Shown here: one piece after another, positions 49,191-62,015 of the stretch
How the letters are laid out: each line of letters begins with the position of its first letter
How positions within the stretch are numbered: position 1 is the first letter of the stretch
Source of the DNA: Lama glama
Lineage: Eukaryota
DNA length: 64,000 bases
Reading direction: 5' to 3'
Assembly: GCA_028534125.1 (NCBI GenBank)
Contig: CM052817.1
Coordinates: 34,102,001 to 34,166,000, forward strand
Notes under the pieces: generated by a model
What the model was told of the DNA's origin: nothing
Databases searched by the model: none
The model's input: the letters and a program-made list of their open reading frames with translations, nothing else
Made by a program: the position numbers and the translations under genes

Positions 49191-51249
49191 CCCATCCCAG
49201 GCAGCTTGAACTCAATTTTCTTTGGGTTAAGTCTGAATTAGATTCCTTTCAGCCAGAAGAAGAACATAAACTTTTAAGGACACAATCTCCTTCAAATAAC
49301 TGAAGATCTTTCAAGATTCTTCCCAAACATAGTATATAAAAAAACCAAAATAGACATCTGTGTGTGTGTGCGTGTGTGTGTGTGTGCACATCAGTGCCTC
49401 ACACATTCCCAGCATTAACCAAAAAGTGACACCTTTCTAGAAATTGATAACCATGATCAGTGCTTGAGCTGAACTGATGGTCATCCTCTATCATAAAGTC
49501 TAAGCACAGTTCAAGGTCATGAGACACACCGGTGACGGCTTCTGACTAGAAGAGATGTTTTTCCATGAGGGCATTTTTATTTATTTATTTAACATCAGAC
49601 ACCACTCTGTCTGACTCAAAATGTGGTTAGTGTCTGTAACAAAATCCATGTAAATAGATCTCCCATGAGCCATTGCAAAGATCCCCAGTACCTTCATGCA
49701 TAATGGAAGCTTATGTAAGTGTGTGTTGCCTCAGGCGGGCGCCTTCTCAGAGCTCCTGGGAGTTTCTCTTGTGATTTTTGTGTTCTCTCCTCAGATGTTT
49801 GGGTTCTCTGAGCTGTCATCCCACAGATATGATTTCAATCCTAGATTGAAAAGCCAGTCCAAAAAAAAAAAAAGAAGCAGAAAGAGAACATTTATTTTTG
49901 TGTTCAGAATTAATTTGTCTGACATGAAACTCACAAAATGGTTGTCAGGATAATAGAGTTAATTTCGCCAAATAATGAAGAGTTGGCTGCGCTTTAAAAG
50001 GTATCTTGTGAAAATGAAAACTAAAGTCAAAGGGGTTATTTACACAAATTTGATTCTGTTTACATGAGTTTATTATCTTATATTTAAAACTTACTATACA
50101 TGTTTATAACAATTAAACAGATTCAACTTAATTTTAGTTTAGTTTAAATTTGGGTTGGGTTTGATATGTTATGTGGAGGCTATTTATCTGGTAACCTTAT
50201 CAAACTAGACTATAGAGAGCAAACATCTGTCATGACTGTACTCTCAGTTCTAGCCAGCTTGGATATCTGGATTCCCATGTGAGAGATCAGAAATAAGAGT
50301 GAAGCTAGAGGTAGATGCATTGACAATTATAAGCAATGATGACTTGACAACCTGCCAGAGAATGAAATAATACAAAATACCTAAAGCACTTGCATAAAAA
50401 CACAAAACCAGTAGTTTGGAGCCATTAAATGTGGAGGCAAATCAACAGCTACTGACCCCTCACTCATAGAAACATTTCAAGTAGTCATCACACATACATT
50501 GTGGAGCCATCGTACATTTAAAAATCCTTTCCAGCCAAAATGTTTTAAATTGATTTCCACTGCTTACAGGGATAATCTTCAGGCATTTAAAATCCAAACT
50601 TATGTGTACAGGACTTATTCTTCAATGTCAATGGATAAAAGAGATGTTAGTATATATTTATAAAAATGGCAGCATCTATCAGCTCAATTAGTCTAAAAAA
50701 TAAAAACATACAATGAGATTTATTAAACAGTCTTTCCTTTTAGGTCAATTTCCAATGTAGGTCCACACACTGGATTTCAAAAATGACTCTGTGAGTCTAT
50801 TTCTTGGTAAATTGCTTGCAAAAGATGCTTTTTAGAAAAAAAAGTGTCCAAGAGAGTTTAGTGAGGCTTATTCACGATGCATTTCAGGTTTATTAAAGTC
50901 TCTGAAAACTTCCACAGTAAAGTAACATTCCAATTTTGTTAGACCCCATATTTTGTAAAGTTGTTAGACAAATGAATACTTTTAATGCAAGAAAAAATTT
51001 CCTATTTTACAGTATTTATCGTCTATCAATTGCTCTTTTGTAAATACTAGGGTCTGGCAATCATTCCTATATCAGTCAGGGATCCAGTAGGAAAGAGATG
51101 ATGCATTCTATATGGTTTAACTAAAAGGAATTTAATAAAGGGATTGTTCTGAGAGGTGTGGTCCAAGAATCTGGGTGTTAGCAATTATGGGGAGCTGTCA
51201 TCATCCCAGGGGAGGTTCACTAAAATTACGTCTTTTTGTGTTTTGTGGT

Positions 51250-51740
51250 TTCAGATGAAGAACCCTGGTTGATAAGGGCCACAAGACCTACTCTGAACAC
51301 AACCTCATAAAACCAACACCAAGCCTCAGAAAATCAGTGTCAGGCAAAATTTGAAGATTGTGTCTCAGTTGGTTAAATAACACCTTAGACTTTTCACATA
51401 TCTTTCCTAACAAGTCATAAAGCTGACCCTTTACAAGTTCAAGTTGTTTATTCAGTAAATGAGCTGTCTACTTGAAAATAATAATGATCTTGAAAGGAAG
51501 ATAACAGAATCCGGATTCTTTACAATGTCTCATCCACAATATCCAGTATAATTTAAAAAATGATATGCAAAGAGACAGAGAAATATGACCCAGAGAATAA
51601 AAGAAGTTAATAGAAGCTAACACTGAGATGTACCGCTAAGATGGATGGAGAAGAAAAAGACAAAAAAAAATTTTTGTAGATACTTCTAAAGAATAATAGG
51701 AAAAAAATTGATCCTAATGAGAGAACAACTAGAGAATCTC
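51250..51740 (+). mobile_element. Old L1M 5'/ORF1-region fragment
   Basis: A-rich ccacaatatccagtata...atgcaaagagacagagaaatatgaccc...tagaagctaacactgagatg. Confidence 0.5.
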
Positions 51741-52374
51741 ATTTGCACTCTTGCTGTAGTTTGTTCATTATGAGTTTATGGCATTTGCCACATTTATTTT
51801 ATCCCTTGTTTAAAATGTATGTTCCATTAATACTGGAGGCACATTAAGAAGAAAGACTAATTCCGTTAGTTCTATTCTACTCCTTAAAATTAAACCTGGA
51901 GCATGGTGGTGTTCAGTAAATATTTGGTGAATTAAAATGCCAAATGCATTTTAGTAGGTAGATAGACACTAACATTTCTCAAAAATTTCAGGAGCACAAA
52001 CTGGTTGCATTTCTCCCAACAGAGCTACTTGGTAAATGTTTTTCAGTGTTTGCTACTTATCAGCCCTGCACTAATACTAAGGATGCAATGAGCCAGACAC
52101 TAGAATCTCTGTCTTCAGTGGGCTCTCGTTTTAATGTTGCATATAGGAAGGAAATAACAGTCATAACATAATTTGATAAGAAAATCAATTATAGAGATAA
52201 ATGCAGGGTTTTTAGACAGAAGACATAGAAGGAGGGCCCCATGTAATCTTCTAAGAAGATAATAAAATGTGAGTTGAGTTTTGGTGAACAGATGGTAAAG
52301 TAGCAGCAGAAAGGGCATTTTGTTTGGCTTTGCTGTTTGCAATGCAAAGAAGGCTATGTAATGAGGTTCTTAAT

Positions 52375-52615
52375 ATTTATCTAAATGGGGAGATAATGTA
52401 CAGTACAGTGACCATAGTTAATACTGTATTGTATATTCGAAAGTTGCTAAGAGGATAGACCTTAAACATTCACAAGAAAAATAATTGTACCTATGTGTGG
52501 TGATGGATGTTAACCAGACTTATTGTGGTGATCGTTTGCAATATATACATATATTGAATCATGTTGTATACCTAAAATTAATATAATATAATATGTCCAT
52601 TATAAATCAATTAAA
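52375..52615 (+). mobile_element. L1MA-type 3' end
   Basis: tactgtattgtatattcgaaagttgctaagag...gtgatggatgttaac...ttattgtggtgatc. Confidence 0.85.
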
Positions 52616-53864
52616 ATATTTATGAAAACAATGGAGGATAGTGAAATAAAAATGCAATGAAACTGCATGGATTTATAGAGGTGAGAGCTCTCATGCCACA
52701 GGTGTTAAATTATTGCATTAATAGGTATGCATTGCTTAGCACATTCCAGGTTTTCAGTGAATGATTGTTGAAGTCATGAATAGGCATATGAAAAACCTGG
52801 TGAAATGATCTGATATTGTGTGAAGGCTATATACATACCAGTGTAATGAAAGAAATGTTGACATGAGCACCAAGAAGGCAATGTATCTAACTTGGTCTTG
52901 GAAAATGAGGAAGCAGGACAAAAACAAAGACCTGAGAGAGAAGGTAAAACACCATTAGGGATTAGTGAGAAGTCCGTGAGTTGGACAAGGAAAGGGATAG
53001 CCTTCAGGTGGAAGAAACAGCACATGGAAAGGCAAAAGTTGGGGCAAGTATATGACATTCTGGGAAATGCAAAGCATTGAGAGGGGCTGGTACAGAGAAA
53101 GGATCTACCAGTGTGCAGATACCTGGAGCCCAATCTTGAGAAGACTGGAAGGAAATAAAGACCACCAAATAGCAATGTGGAGCAGCTGAGTTTATAGCTT
53201 CCCTGGCAAAGTAGACTTTTACTCATGTGTGAGTTCAGCCAGTCACCCAACTGGAAAGGCTAAAGGTAGGGTAAAAAGAAGGAAGTACACCAGATAAAGC
53301 ACAAATCTGAGCTTGTCTCTGGTTGACACCAAGGTGAACTGTCCAAGGTGAATTCATTACAACTGATTGATTGCCTTTAGGATTCAGGTTGTTGATGCTG
53401 GAAATGATCTAAGATGAGTTAGGTGAGATACAGGGGAGCACAGTGTCATTCCATAGATACCCTTGCTCAGGTTTGCAGGACTTTTTTAAATAAGAGAAAG
53501 CAGGGAGAAGATCCTTCGGGACTCTCTTTGGCACGCTAAGGAATTTCAACTCTTCTTCACTTGGTTTATTCACCAGCCTCCTAACTGGTCTCTCTTGCCC
53601 CAGTCTTGCACTCCTGCAATCCATTATCCATAGCTTGTAAACCACAACTTGACTATGTCCATTCAACAGATATTTTTTGAAGACCTATTAAATGCTGGGC
53701 ACTCTGACTCTGCCGAAAAATTTTTGGTGGGTTCTTGTTACTGGTAAAGTCCAATGTCATTGGAACCTCCAAGGCTACCTCAGATCCAATACAATTCTCC
53801 TATCCTGTGCTGTCTTCATCCTGATTAAGCCACCACCTGAAAGCTAGTGGTGCTTTGAAGTTCA

Positions 53865-54070
53865 GTTATCAGTTTGAGCTCCATCACTTGTATGGTCATG
53901 TGACTTTGGACATGTTTCTTAACCCCTCAGAGTCACAGTTTCCTTACATGCAGTAAGAAGTAATAATAGGATCTATCTCCCAGTGTTGACTTGAAGATTA
54001 AAACTAATCTTGTTCATAAATTACTTAGACATATGAGAAGAGTTCATTTTATGATAGCTTTTATTATCAT
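53865..54070 (+). mobile_element. MIR SINE
   Basis: gtgactttggacatgtttcttaacc...cagtttcctt...gaagattaaa. Confidence 0.75.
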
Positions 54071-54746
54071 TGTACCATGTGGGGCTCCATGAAGGACAGA
54101 GACGTGCAAGTGCCTGCCTGTCCCCCAGCTTTTCCTCAGTACAGCTGAATAACTGGATGCCACTTCAAAACAAATACTCTTTAAATATTTGCTCAACGTT
54201 CATTTAGAGGAGAATTGAGCTCTGCATACTCTTAGAAGGATGTCTGCTGCCCCCATCCCGTATTTATCTGCCTCATCAAGGGAAAAACTCAGCAGTTGAT
54301 CAGACCCACTCTCCTTAGAAGGCAGCTTATCATTCCTCTAGCATTGAACTTCTCCCTGGGGATAACTCATTGCCATCCCAGTCAACCCAATCATCCTAGG
54401 TCCCAGGGCTATATGAGTTCCTTGGCAAAAGACAGATACAGAGGAATTTACCATCAGCCTAGAGCCAAGTCAGCATTAATGTTCCATCAAGGGAAGCAGA
54501 GGGGAAGGGTTCTTTTTAATCCTTTTCATAGGGCAGATATCCAATTATAACTTTCTTTTGCCACATGTGGAATGTAAAAGGACAGATTCTTTCTGATTTT
54601 TAAGGAAATGCATAAAGCAAACAAGTATGTATAGTAATGTATTTTCAGAACTTATATGTTCTCCCTTACTGTAGATACACAGCTAATGTTTTGGAAAGTC
54701 TAGCTTTACCTTGCCTAAGAACAACAGACAGTAGTAATAGCCTATT

Positions 54747-55093
54747 TAAAAATTTTTTTATTAAAGTATAGTCAGTTTACAATGTTGTGTCAGTTTCTGG
54801 TGTACAGCATAATATTTCAGCCATACATATACATACATACATTCTTTTTCATATTCTTTTTCATTATAGGTTACTACAAGATACTGAATACAGTTCCCTG
54901 TGCTGTACAGTATAAACTTGTTTATCTGGGTTTCTGAGGATTTTCCGTGTAGTTTCGATACTAAGAGATATTCTACCAAAGTTCAGTAGGTATTTTGTGT
55001 GAATTGTTCCACACATAGATACAGTTTTTGTTGTATTCGTGGGAGAGGGTGGGCACTGTGTCCTTCTACGCCTCGATCGTAGCAGTCCTCCCC
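54747..55093 (-). mobile_element. Internally deleted L1 (5' tip fused to 3' tip) with 14-bp TSD
   Basis: 54747-54925 is the L1 3' end; 54926-55093 resembles an L1 5'UTR start (minus: ggggaggac...tagaaggac...tctcccac...atctatgtgtggaacaattcacaca); TSD agtaatagcctatt / actaacagcctatt. Confidence 0.75.
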
Positions 55094-55244
55094 ACTAACA
55101 GCCTATTAATGGCAGAGTCAGGAGGCTATAACCCCACCTCTGACGTTGTTTCTGAGGATCTTCCATAAAAAGATGCCCCGGCTGTTTCACAACCCAGGCC
55201 TTTGCTCTACTGAGTCTTCTGTCTATTATATTCTTCCACGTTCT

Positions 55245-55708
55245 ATCTGCACTGGGTTCCTAGGGCTACTGGAACAAACTACCACAAGCTCACATGGTTT
55301 AAAACAATGGAAATTTATTGTCTCACAGTTTGCAGCCTAGAAGTCCAAAATTGAGGTTCTGGTGGGGCTGGGTCTCTCTGGAGGCTCTGCAGCTCTGAGA
55401 ATCTGTCCCACGCCTCTCTCTTAGTTTCTGGTGGTTGCCAGCAATCCTCGGCTTTGCTTGATTTGCAAATGTGTCACTTCCACCTCTGCCTCTGTATCAC
55501 AAGACATTCTCCCTGTGTGTTTCTGTGTCCTAACCTCTCTCTTCTTACAAAGACACCAGGCATTGGCTTGGGGCCCACCCTCATCCAGTATGACTTCACC
55601 TTAACTTGATCTTTTCTGCAAAAACCCTGTAAGATCACGCTCACAAGTAGTGGAACTTAGAGCTGGAACCTGTCTTTTGGGGGGAACGCAGGTCAACTCA
55701 CAACAACC
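55245..55708 (-). mobile_element. MaLR LTR (MLT1C/D-like)
   Basis: cctagggctact..aacaaactaccacaa...aaatttattgtctcacagtt...tttctggtggttgccagcaatcct...ggggcccaccctcatccagtatgac. Confidence 0.9.
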
Positions 55709-56110
55709 TCCATCTGGCAAACACCTAACTATCTTCAAGACTCAGCTTAGTTGTGTCAAAACCTGTGGTCTGAACACAATTATTTTAAATAACTGTCTCT
55801 TCATTTCCAAAACTGCTTTTTTCCACTCTTATTCCTACATCTTGATGGCCAAATCAGTTATTTCTGTTCCAGTGTTTTCAGTTTAGTAACTTAAGATTTA
55901 TGTAGGTTTAAGGACTTTGTAGCTTCTGAATACATATATTTGCAGTCTATTATTCTAAATTGAGCCTTGATAATTCTTATTTTACCTAATGTGACAAGTG
56001 ATACATTTTCAATACTGACCAGTAAAGACAGCATCTTTTTTGAAAAATATATGAACAAAACATTTTATAAGTAGCATGTCAGTATACCTTTATTTCTCGA
56101 TATACATATC

Positions 56111-56880
56111 TTTTTTTTAATTGAAGTTTAGTCAGTTTATAATGTGACAATTTCTGGTGTACAGCATAATGTTTCAGTCATACATGTACATACATATATT
56201 CTTTTTCATATTCTTTTCATTATAGGTTACTACAAGATATTGAATATAGCTCCCTGTGCTATACAGTAAAAATTTGTTATTTATCTATTTTATACATAGT
56301 TGTTAGTATCTGCAAATCTCAAACTCCCAGTTTATCCCTTCCCATCCTCTTCCCCTTGGTAACCATAAGTTTGTTTTCCATGTCTCTGATTCTACTTATG
56401 TTTTGTAAATAAGTTCATTTGTGTCATTTTTTAAGATTCCACATATAAGTGATATCATATGGTATTTTTCTTTCTCTGTCTGACTTACTTCACTTAGAAT
56501 GACGACCTCCAGGTCCATCCCTGTTGCTGCAAATGGCATTATTTTATTATATTTTTATGGATGAGTAGTATTCCATTGTATATATATCTACATGTGTATA
56601 TATGTGTGTGCATGTTTATATATATATAGCTCACATCTTCTTTATCCAGTCATCTGTCAGTGGACATTTAGATTGTTTCCAAGTCTTGGCTATTGTAAAT
56701 AGTGCTACTCTGAACATTGGGATGCATGTGTCTTTTCGGATTAAAGTTCTTTCTGGGTATATGCCCAAGAGTGGGATTGCTGGATCATATAGTAAGCCTA
56801 TTTTTAGTTTTTGAGGAATCTCCACACCGTTTTCCATAATGGCTGCACCAAATGATATTCCCTCCAACAGTGTAGGAGGG
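56111..56880 (-). mobile_element. 5'-truncated young L1
   Basis: Supplied ORF 56631..56867 = ORF2 C-terminus (YDPAIPLLGIYPE..KDTCIPMF..LFTIAKTWKQSKCP); T-tail; flanks catatcttt / cgtatcttt. Confidence 0.95.
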
Positions 56881-57184
56881 CGTATCTTTAATTTTTATAT
56901 ATTATAACCAAAGACTCAATATCAACTATTAGCCACAGTAGGTAGCAAATAATATATCGACAAATTGTATTTGTTGGTCTTTCTAAATGTATTTTATTTT
57001 GTGAATAAAATCATAATTGTGTTTCCAAAAGTGAACTTTTAGTGTCTAATAATTGCATAACAGGTACAATCTGGGATTTTACTACACTTACACATGTTAA
57101 AACAGAAAGAATTTAAGCACTAACATTCTGAGATTCTGATTAAATAATTAGGCTTGAATTAAATATATATATGTATATATATAG

Positions 57185-57345
57185 GAAGGGAGGAGATGGA
57201 GAGTTATTGTTTAACGTGTGCACAGTTTCATTTTGGGATGATAAAAAGTTCTGGAGATGGACAGTAGTGATGATTGTAAAACAATGTGAATGTACTTAAT
57301 GCCACTGAAATATACACTCAAAAATGGTTAAATAGTAAATTTTGT
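57185..57345 (+). mobile_element. L1MB-type 3' end fragment
   Basis: aaaagttctggagatgga...acaatgtgaatgtacttaatgccactgaa. Confidence 0.85.
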
Positions 57346-57799
57346 TTTTAAAAAACGGTTTGCTTAAGTATCCTCAGAGGAGATGCTCCTGATCCAATCC
57401 TCCCCAATAGAACTGGCTATTCTCTTTGCATTCCCTCTGATCCTCTGTTCAATTTTCTGTCACCTGCCTCCTGTAACTCTCTTTGTCCCTATCAGAATGT
57501 TCAAGCATCAAAAACTATTCAAGCATCAATATTAGGACCTTCTTCCTCTCTCCTCCTCCTTGTCCCACTTCATTCTTCTTAAAAGGTGTCTGTATTTGTA
57601 TTGTCAGCCATTTTGTGATGGTCAAGGTAATGGGTAGAGCAGCAAGACTGACTAGAGTCTATAGGAGATGGCTAAATTGATTTACATGAGAAATGGAATG
57701 AATCACCCTCAAAGGAAGATATTATATTCAAAAGTCAAAAGGAAAATGGGGGGGATCCCAACACCTCTTCAGATCCAACACATGCATATATCATTTTAA

Positions 57800-57972
57800 A
57801 TATTTTTTAGTTTTTTAATTATTTTATTTGATTTTGGGGAGGTGAGGTAATTAGGTTTATTTATTTATTATTACTATTACTTATTACTTTTTTAATGAAG
57901 GTACTGGGGTTTGAACCCAGGACCTGGTGCATGCTAAGCATGCACTATAACTGGAGTTATACATTTCTCCCT
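57800..57972 (-). mobile_element. tRNA-derived SINE (Vic-1-like), full length with tail
   Basis: gaggtaattaggtttatttattt...ggtactggggtttgaacccaggacctggtgcatgctaagcatgc. Confidence 0.85.
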
Positions 57973-58259
57973 CATGTATCTTTTTGAATCACCAGTGAAT
58001 AACACAGTCCCTGGATCTTGGTAGGTATTTATTGAATAAATGACTTCAACCTCACAATTTTGGGGAGCTATTGAAAGATTTTAAGGATGTGAAAGTGGAG
58101 ACACAAGAAGATTTGTGCTTTAGGAAGATCACTGTGGCAGAAGTCTGGAACTTGTGGAGATATACTCCAAGGATCTAGAACTCAGATTCCTTGCCTCTTT
58201 CACAAATAATGTTTGGTCTCAATGTCAATTATTTCACCTTCCTGGAGTTCTGAATCTTT

Positions 58260-58665
58260 AATGAGAAAAACATCAGACAAACCCAAATTGAGGGACAGTC
58301 AGTCTACAAAATACTTGACCATTACTCCTCAAAACTGTCAAAGTCATAAAAAACAAGGAACGTTTGAGAAAACTGTCAGAGACTAGAGGAAGCTAAGCAG
58401 ACACAATGACTATAAGTAATGTGTTGTTTGGGGTAGGAACCTGGAACAGAAAAAGGACATCGGAGAAAAACTAGTCGAATCTGAATACACAGTGGAGCTT
58501 AGTTAACAGCAATGCACCAGTGCTGGTTCCTCACTAGTGAGAAATGCACCATAGTAATGTAAGATGTTAACAAGAGGGGGAACAGGATGAAAGGTATACA
58601 AGAACCCTCTGTACAATTTTCACCTTTTGTGAATCTGAAAGTATACAATTTTAAAGTTTATTTTT
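58260..58665 (+). mobile_element. L1MC/MD-type 3' end
   Basis: catcagacaaacccaaattgagggaca...ctggaacagaaaaaggacat...taagatgttaaca. Confidence 0.85.
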
Positions 58666-59094
58666 AAGAAGTTTAAGGAAAAACCATTTTATTTTACTCT
58701 GCATAAATACAATTCCACTTTTCTGTCTTATTAAATGCTCCAGACATATTTGACACTTCCTTTAACACTGGAGGATCTTACCTCAGACTCAGGGTCACTA
58801 TTCTGACTCATAAAGGGCCACTTAATAGGATCTTGCAACTGCAGTGTGATGCAGAGACCAGTAAAAGTTCAGATAATATCTAGGAATCTATCAGGGTTGC
58901 ATACTATTTGTAACAAATAATAAGAGTAAGAAGAGTAAATTTAGAAAAATCATCATTCTATTGTCAGCAACACATTATAAAACAGTGATATTATTAACAC
59001 CTCAAAATGGACAGAATGAAAATAAGAGTAAAGAAAGCCTTTTCAATTTTTCGGAGTCTTTAGGATTATCTACATCCTGCCACATGTCACAACA

Positions 59095-59402
59095 GGCACG
59101 AACGTTGAGGACATTACGCTAAGTGAAATAAGCCAATCACAGAAGATCAAATACATGAGATATTTAAATAGTCAGACTCATAGAAACAGAAAGTAGAATG
59201 GTGGTTGCCAGACCCCAAGGGGAGGAGGAAATGGGGAGCTGCTGTTCAGTGAATATAAAGTGTCAGTCATGCAAGATGAGTAAGTTCTAGCTTTCTCCTG
59301 CACCACACCGTACTGTGCTATGGAGTCAATAATACTGTGCTCTGCACTTAAGGATTTAAGAGGGTAGATCTCATTTTAAGTGTTCTTATCACAATAAAAA
59401 AG
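59095..59402 (+). mobile_element. L1MA-type 3' end
   Basis: gaggacattacgctaagtgaaataagcca...agtagaatggtggttgccag...gagggtagatctc. Confidence 0.85.
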
Positions 59403-59837
59403 ATAAAGGGACAAAGAAAAGCCCTTTTAATTGAATATTTGTCCTTATGGAAAACTTCTACATGGTTCTTATTATTCTTAGTCTGATGCAGACTGACCAA
59501 AACTGTTTCCTAGATGTAGACCAGCATTTGAGAACTTCCAGGATAAAGGATGTGGCTAAATCTGTCCTGGCCCCAGGAAGTAGCGGGAAGGCTCTCTGTT
59601 CCGTTTAGTTTTACATAAATTACTGATATGGGTTTGTTTCCCAATGATTCAGCTCTTTTTCCTTATTTGAAAAAAAAAAGAGATTTTTGGGAGCCAATAG
59701 ATGTGCATTTTCTACTAAAAACATTAAAATCAGAATTTACTGCTGGCTTTACCATTTGCTAGTTGGAAGACCTTGATCAAGCTGCTTAATCGCTTCAGCG
59801 TCTCTTTTTCTCCCTCTGCAAAGTGGGGACCATCACA

Positions 59838-60387
59838 CTGTGGTAGGCAGCCTCGAGGATGGTCCCTGATGGTCCCAATTCCTGGTATTGGTGTCCTTGT
59901 GTAATGCACTCCCCTGGAGTGTGGGCTGGATCCAGTGATTCACTTCTAACAAACAGACTATGGTGAAAGTAAGGAGAGGTCACTTCTGAGATTAGGTTAC
60001 AAAGAGACTATGGCTTTCAACTCAAGAGCTCTTGCCCCCCACTTTCTTCCTGAAACACTGGGAGGGAAGCCAGCTATCCTTTCATGAGCTGCCTTGTAGA
60101 GAGGACACCATGGCAATAAACTGAGGGAGACCTCCGCTAGGTTAGGAACTAAAGCCTGCCAACAGCCCCATGAGCGAGCTGGAAAGGGGGTCCTCCCCCG
60201 CCTTTAGATGAGACCACAGCCAAGACCAACAGCAGAACTGCAGCCTCCCCAGAGACCTTGACCCAGAGGTACCCAGTGAGGCCACACCCAGAGTCCTGAC
60301 CCACAGAACATGTGAGAACACGAATATTTGCTGTTTCAAGCTGCTCAGTGTTGGGGTAATTTGCATATGGTAGCAGATACTAATACA
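59838..60387 (+). mobile_element. MaLR LTR (MLT1E/F-like) nested in a MIR (59740-59837 and 60388-60520)
   Basis: tgtggtaggcag...cctggagtgtgggctgg...cctgacccacagaa...ttggggtaatttg...gatactaataca; MIR halves on both sides. Confidence 0.85.
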
Positions 60388-61459
60388 AATGCCTACCTTG
60401 CAAAATTGTGAAGAACAATTGCAAAAAAATGTGCTTAATGAGATTATGTATGCTAATGAGCTAAAACATGTAAAACAGGAAGACAATGCCCTGCTCATAA
60501 AAGGCAGCCTACAAATGCTGGTTCCTTCCTCCATTCCCCTCCCAAATGAGAACAAATCCTACCTGCTCTGTTGTGGAAATGTTTTGAAAGCTGTAACGGT
60601 ACTATGGAATTGTAATGCATGTAATAACGTAAGGTATTATTGTAAAAGGAAAGAAAACATTGTTACTTTAAAAGCTGTTTGCAGTTTACACTCGCTGCCC
60701 CAGAAGGAAGGCAAAATTCTTCTTAAAAAGAAACTAGCTCTTTTGTTTGGGAGGAGGGGACCCTAAATAAGTAGGTATGATTATAAGAAAGAAAGGAGTT
60801 CAATGAAAGTTGGACTTCAAAACAGGAGGTGCCCCTGACAATGTGAGACCCCCTGGGAAGCTCTGGCAGTCTTGGAGAAGGTGTGGGTTTTTCCACAATA
60901 CACAAGACGGAGCCGCGTGCAATTTAATGTGTACGTTCAAAGGAAGCGTGTCTCTGAAGAGCTGGAGGGCCTGGAGGGACACAGGTAGGAAATAAACAGA
61001 TCGCACAATGTATACAGGACTAAACTCTGACCCCAGAATAAAGCTTGGACTTGAGTCTAGGGGCAGAATGAAGGTATCAGGTAAATTATTATAGAAACAC
61101 TCAAGGAAAATGCTCTTTCCCAAAGCACAGAGGTTTATCGTAAGTGATTTCTCACTACCCCTTATTTCATTTATTCATATTAATTCTTAAACAAATTTAT
61201 TAAACAATCTTGTGAATCTCTTTTTAACTGAAGAGACACAAAAGAAGTATGTTATTTACTAATCAAGGAACCGAGTCAACAGTAAGTTAAAATACCCCAT
61301 AACTATGTTGTTTTAATAAACTCTTGTCATTTCTTGGCTAGTCTCCATTTTTTTCTTTTTCTTTTCTTAGTACGATTTTTTTAAAAAACAGAAAACTAAG
61401 AATTCAGAGCAGTTCAGAAAAGAAGACACTTGTAATCCCAGCTTCAGCATTTTGCCCAC

Positions 61460-61760
61460 GGGTGTGTCTGTGCCTCCTTTATTTCAGTGTTTGACAAGCC
61501 ACAGGACAACGTCTAAGCTGCTAGGTGCAGCCTTCAAGGTCCTTCATGATCTGCCTTCTGACTGTCTCTCCAATCTCACCTCCCACCCAATCCTTACCCT
61601 CCTACAACGTCCACCAGTAACGCGAAACTGCCTGAGTTCCAGAATTCAGCCTGCTGTTTCAGACATCTCTGCCTATAATGCACCACCTACCTCATCCTTA
61701 CGAACCCAACTCTAAGTCACCTCCACTAGGAAGCATCCTCCACCCCCATCATCCCTTCTG
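61460..61760 (+). mobile_element. L2 fragment
   Basis: gccttcaaggtccttcatgatctgcc...tctccaatctca...gtcacctccactaggaagc. Confidence 0.7.
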
Positions 61761-61799
61761 TCCTGGCATCTGTTTCCACAACTGCATTATCTAAGCGTG

Positions 61800-62015
61800 T
61801 GGGCTACCTAAACCACTGCTCACCAGCTGTGTTATCATGGACCAGTTATTTAACTCTTCTATCCCTCAGATTTCTCATTTGTAAAATGAGGACAATAATA
61901 GCACCCATGATGTAGGATTTTTGTGAGGATTAAATGGGTCCATCCTTGTAAGCATTTAGGACAGTACCTGGCACATAGTACATGCTCAATAAATCTTATT
62001 TTTATCATGATTATT
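61800..62015 (+). mobile_element. MIR SINE
   Basis: ctcatttgtaaaatgagg...tgtgaggattaaatg...cagtacctggcacatagta. Confidence 0.85.

Noticed and set aside
51461..51479. gagctgtctacttgaaaat as a reverse-strand fourth copy of the 24-bp motif
   Set aside because: Needs a gap plus mismatches and lies in probable old L1 sequence
47938..57531. Short direct repeats (about 23-bp unit near 47940, ccaaggtgaa x2 near 53330, ttcaagcatcaa x2 near 57500)
   Set aside because: Ordinary slippage micro-duplications
60440..60462. POU-like ATGCTAATGAG
   Set aside because: Lies within a MIR tail with a small local duplication; no other support
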